DNA from: Sphaerodactylus townsendi
Taxonomy: Eukaryota
Direction: 5' to 3'
NCBI RefSeq assembly: GCF_021028975.2
Contig: NC_059430.1
Location: 44,268,001-44,332,000 of the forward strand
Length of the DNA: 64,000 bases
Part shown: one piece after another, positions 62,333 through 64,000 of the stretch
Position numbering within the stretch: the stretch's first letter is position 1
How the letters are laid out: each line of letters opens with the position of its first letter
Notes under the pieces: model-generated
Databases searched by the model: none
What the model was told of the DNA's origin: nothing
What the model saw: the letters and a program-made list of their open reading frames with translations, nothing else
Position numbers and translations under genes: made by a program

Positions 62333-63653
62333 TTATATCCTTGTGTCAACATTCATTTCTATGTCCTGTTCTGAATTAATTTTGTTGCTGTTCTCTTGTA
62401 CATGACTGTCGTGTTCATTTGAACTGTGTCCTGGTGGTGATTTAGGGCAGGTTGGGAGGTACTGAAAGCATTTAGCAGCACAGAACTTGGAACCAATTCC
62501 AAAGGGAAGATCATAGACATCCGAGGTACACAGCGTATCACTGGACTCCTCCTTATAACTCTCTTTCCATGCCAAGAGTCCCCGCTCTTCCTGGCTTCCT
62601 ACCAAAGGTAAGAAAGAAGGATGGTTGACAAAGGCCCATTGAGAATTGTAATATGACATACAAAGCCGTTTTGTTCCATTTGTAAGGTTTGTTCTCCAAT
62701 AGCACAAAAAGCATAACCCTGTATTCTTGGGGCAATTGCTTAAGACCACAGGAGACAGCTATTCACAAAGAACATTAGCTCTCAGTGGCAGTTACAACAA
62801 TATTATGCAAAGCAACATGATCTTTATATTCTTTCCTTTTTGAGTGCCTGTAAAATGATTTATTTGCCTGTAACTCTATAATAAACAGAATAAATACAGC
62901 TACACCAAGTGGTTTTGATTGTGACATCAAGCAGTCAAGTGGTTTTGATTGTGACATTCTGACACAAGAAACAAAGGACTGCAGTTTTGCCCTTGGCAAT
63001 GATTTGGCTTGTCCTAAATAAAAAATACCTGGATTCTAATCAGTGGCAGTTGCAACCTCTTTTTCCTCAGCTCCATCACTGTGAACAACTTTACTGTGCT
63101 GCCGCAGGACCAACCTTTAAATATTACTCAAGATGCATGGTTCATTCTTGCATGAGAAGCGTCCACATGACTCGGCTAACAGTGATATGATCCAGCCAAG
63201 GGAGGGGGAAGCAATCATATGGGCCTTTCCCACAGAATTTATACCCATCTCATAGCAAGGTCAGGACCTCTGGATTGCTGTTCTCCACATGGTTCAATTA
63301 TTTAAGAAGACTGAAGTCATGTGACTGTAGTCACTCTCAAAAATAGCCATTCTAAAACAGCTAGGATAATGTTTTAAGGCTTGTGTTACTGCTCACATCA
63401 GATTACATATCAGCAGTTTGAATCCATTTTAAAATCACTACATATCAGTAGAGGTGCTAGACCCATTCTGAGGATGCTCTGGTGCAACCCAACTTGTGTT
63501 TTTGCAATTTCAGCACAGATCCTTGCCAGGAAAGCTGGATATTTCAGTGACTCCTACCTGGAATAGTATTATCAAGGAAAAAGCCAAGGAATCCCCCAAC
63601 AAACATTCCTGTAGTAAGCAGAACCTGGATTACTTGGTCCAGTGGCAGAATTC
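62333..63653 (-). CDS. SLC23A4: SLC23A4 (SNBT1-like nucleobase transporter, NAT/NCS2 family), last two coding exons; gene continues beyond the window
   Basis: Exon 63653-63558 [32 protein letters not shown]; exon 62598-62333 [13 protein letters not shown]...[13 protein letters not shown]...DTRI-stop. Both phase 1, GT-AG. SLC23-type signature LDNTIPGxxEERG. Position downstream of STRA8 matches the mammalian Slc23a4/SLC23A4P locus. Confidence 0.88.
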
Positions 63654-64000
63654 CTAAAAACAGAATCCATTTGACATTTAATTGTAAAAAAAAGAAAGAA
63701 ACAGGATAAAGTTATTTGAAATCAGCACATTCATCTTGTTTTAGAATTCAGACAAAAAATATCACACTCAGCAGTGGTAGACATTGACACTACATAGTTT
63801 CAGCATAGCCTAGAATTGTACTCAGAGAATTATATAGCAAACCTTCCATGCTCACAGAAAGGGTGTAAAATATAGCAATTGTATGCTGAATCAACCCAAC
63901 AAGAGTCAACTAGAACTGCAGTCAGCAATGGTGTGATGCCACTTCCACTACAAATTCGGAAGTGATGTCATGTCTTTCTAGGAATCTCTGGAAATTCTTT

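Noticed and set aside
62333-62749. CNOT4 3' end (the other minus-strand neighbour expected after STRA8)
   Set aside because: The peptide carries the SLC23 signature; the ORF part upstream of 62598 is intronic.

Overview
Vertebrate (squamate, most likely gecko-type lizard, judged from its repeat families) genomic DNA, not prokaryotic. The window holds the conserved synteny block TMEM140(+, 3' end only) - CYREN/MRI(-) - WDR91(-) - STRA8(+) - SLC23A4(-, last two exons). I reconstructed the exons by hand with consistent phases: CYREN 142 aa (3 coding exons), WDR91 749 aa (15 exons, intron 3 is a U12 AT-AC intron) and STRA8 348 aa (8 coding exons). SLC23A4 has open frames in both visible exons. 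Most ORFs in the supplied track are spurious. Introns and intergenic DNA are dense in transposons: hAT MITEs with exact 8-bp TSDs (several nested), a SPIN MITE, Helitron-like elements, Penelope-like fragments with hammerhead-ribozyme cores, CORE/L2-tail and 5S SINEs, CR1/L2 fragments and a probable solo LTR. The most notable observations are: (i) a palindromic MITE core carrying paired ZNF143/THAP11-type ACTACAATTCCCA motifs that is found with five different terminal-repeat sets; (ii) a ~230-bp fold-back with two mirror-image hammerhead cores beside the CYREN promoter; (iii) a candidate PRC1.6/RARE regulatory cluster in the head-to-head WDR91-STRA8 interval. Gene and repeat names come from my recollection of the homologous sequences, not from a database search.
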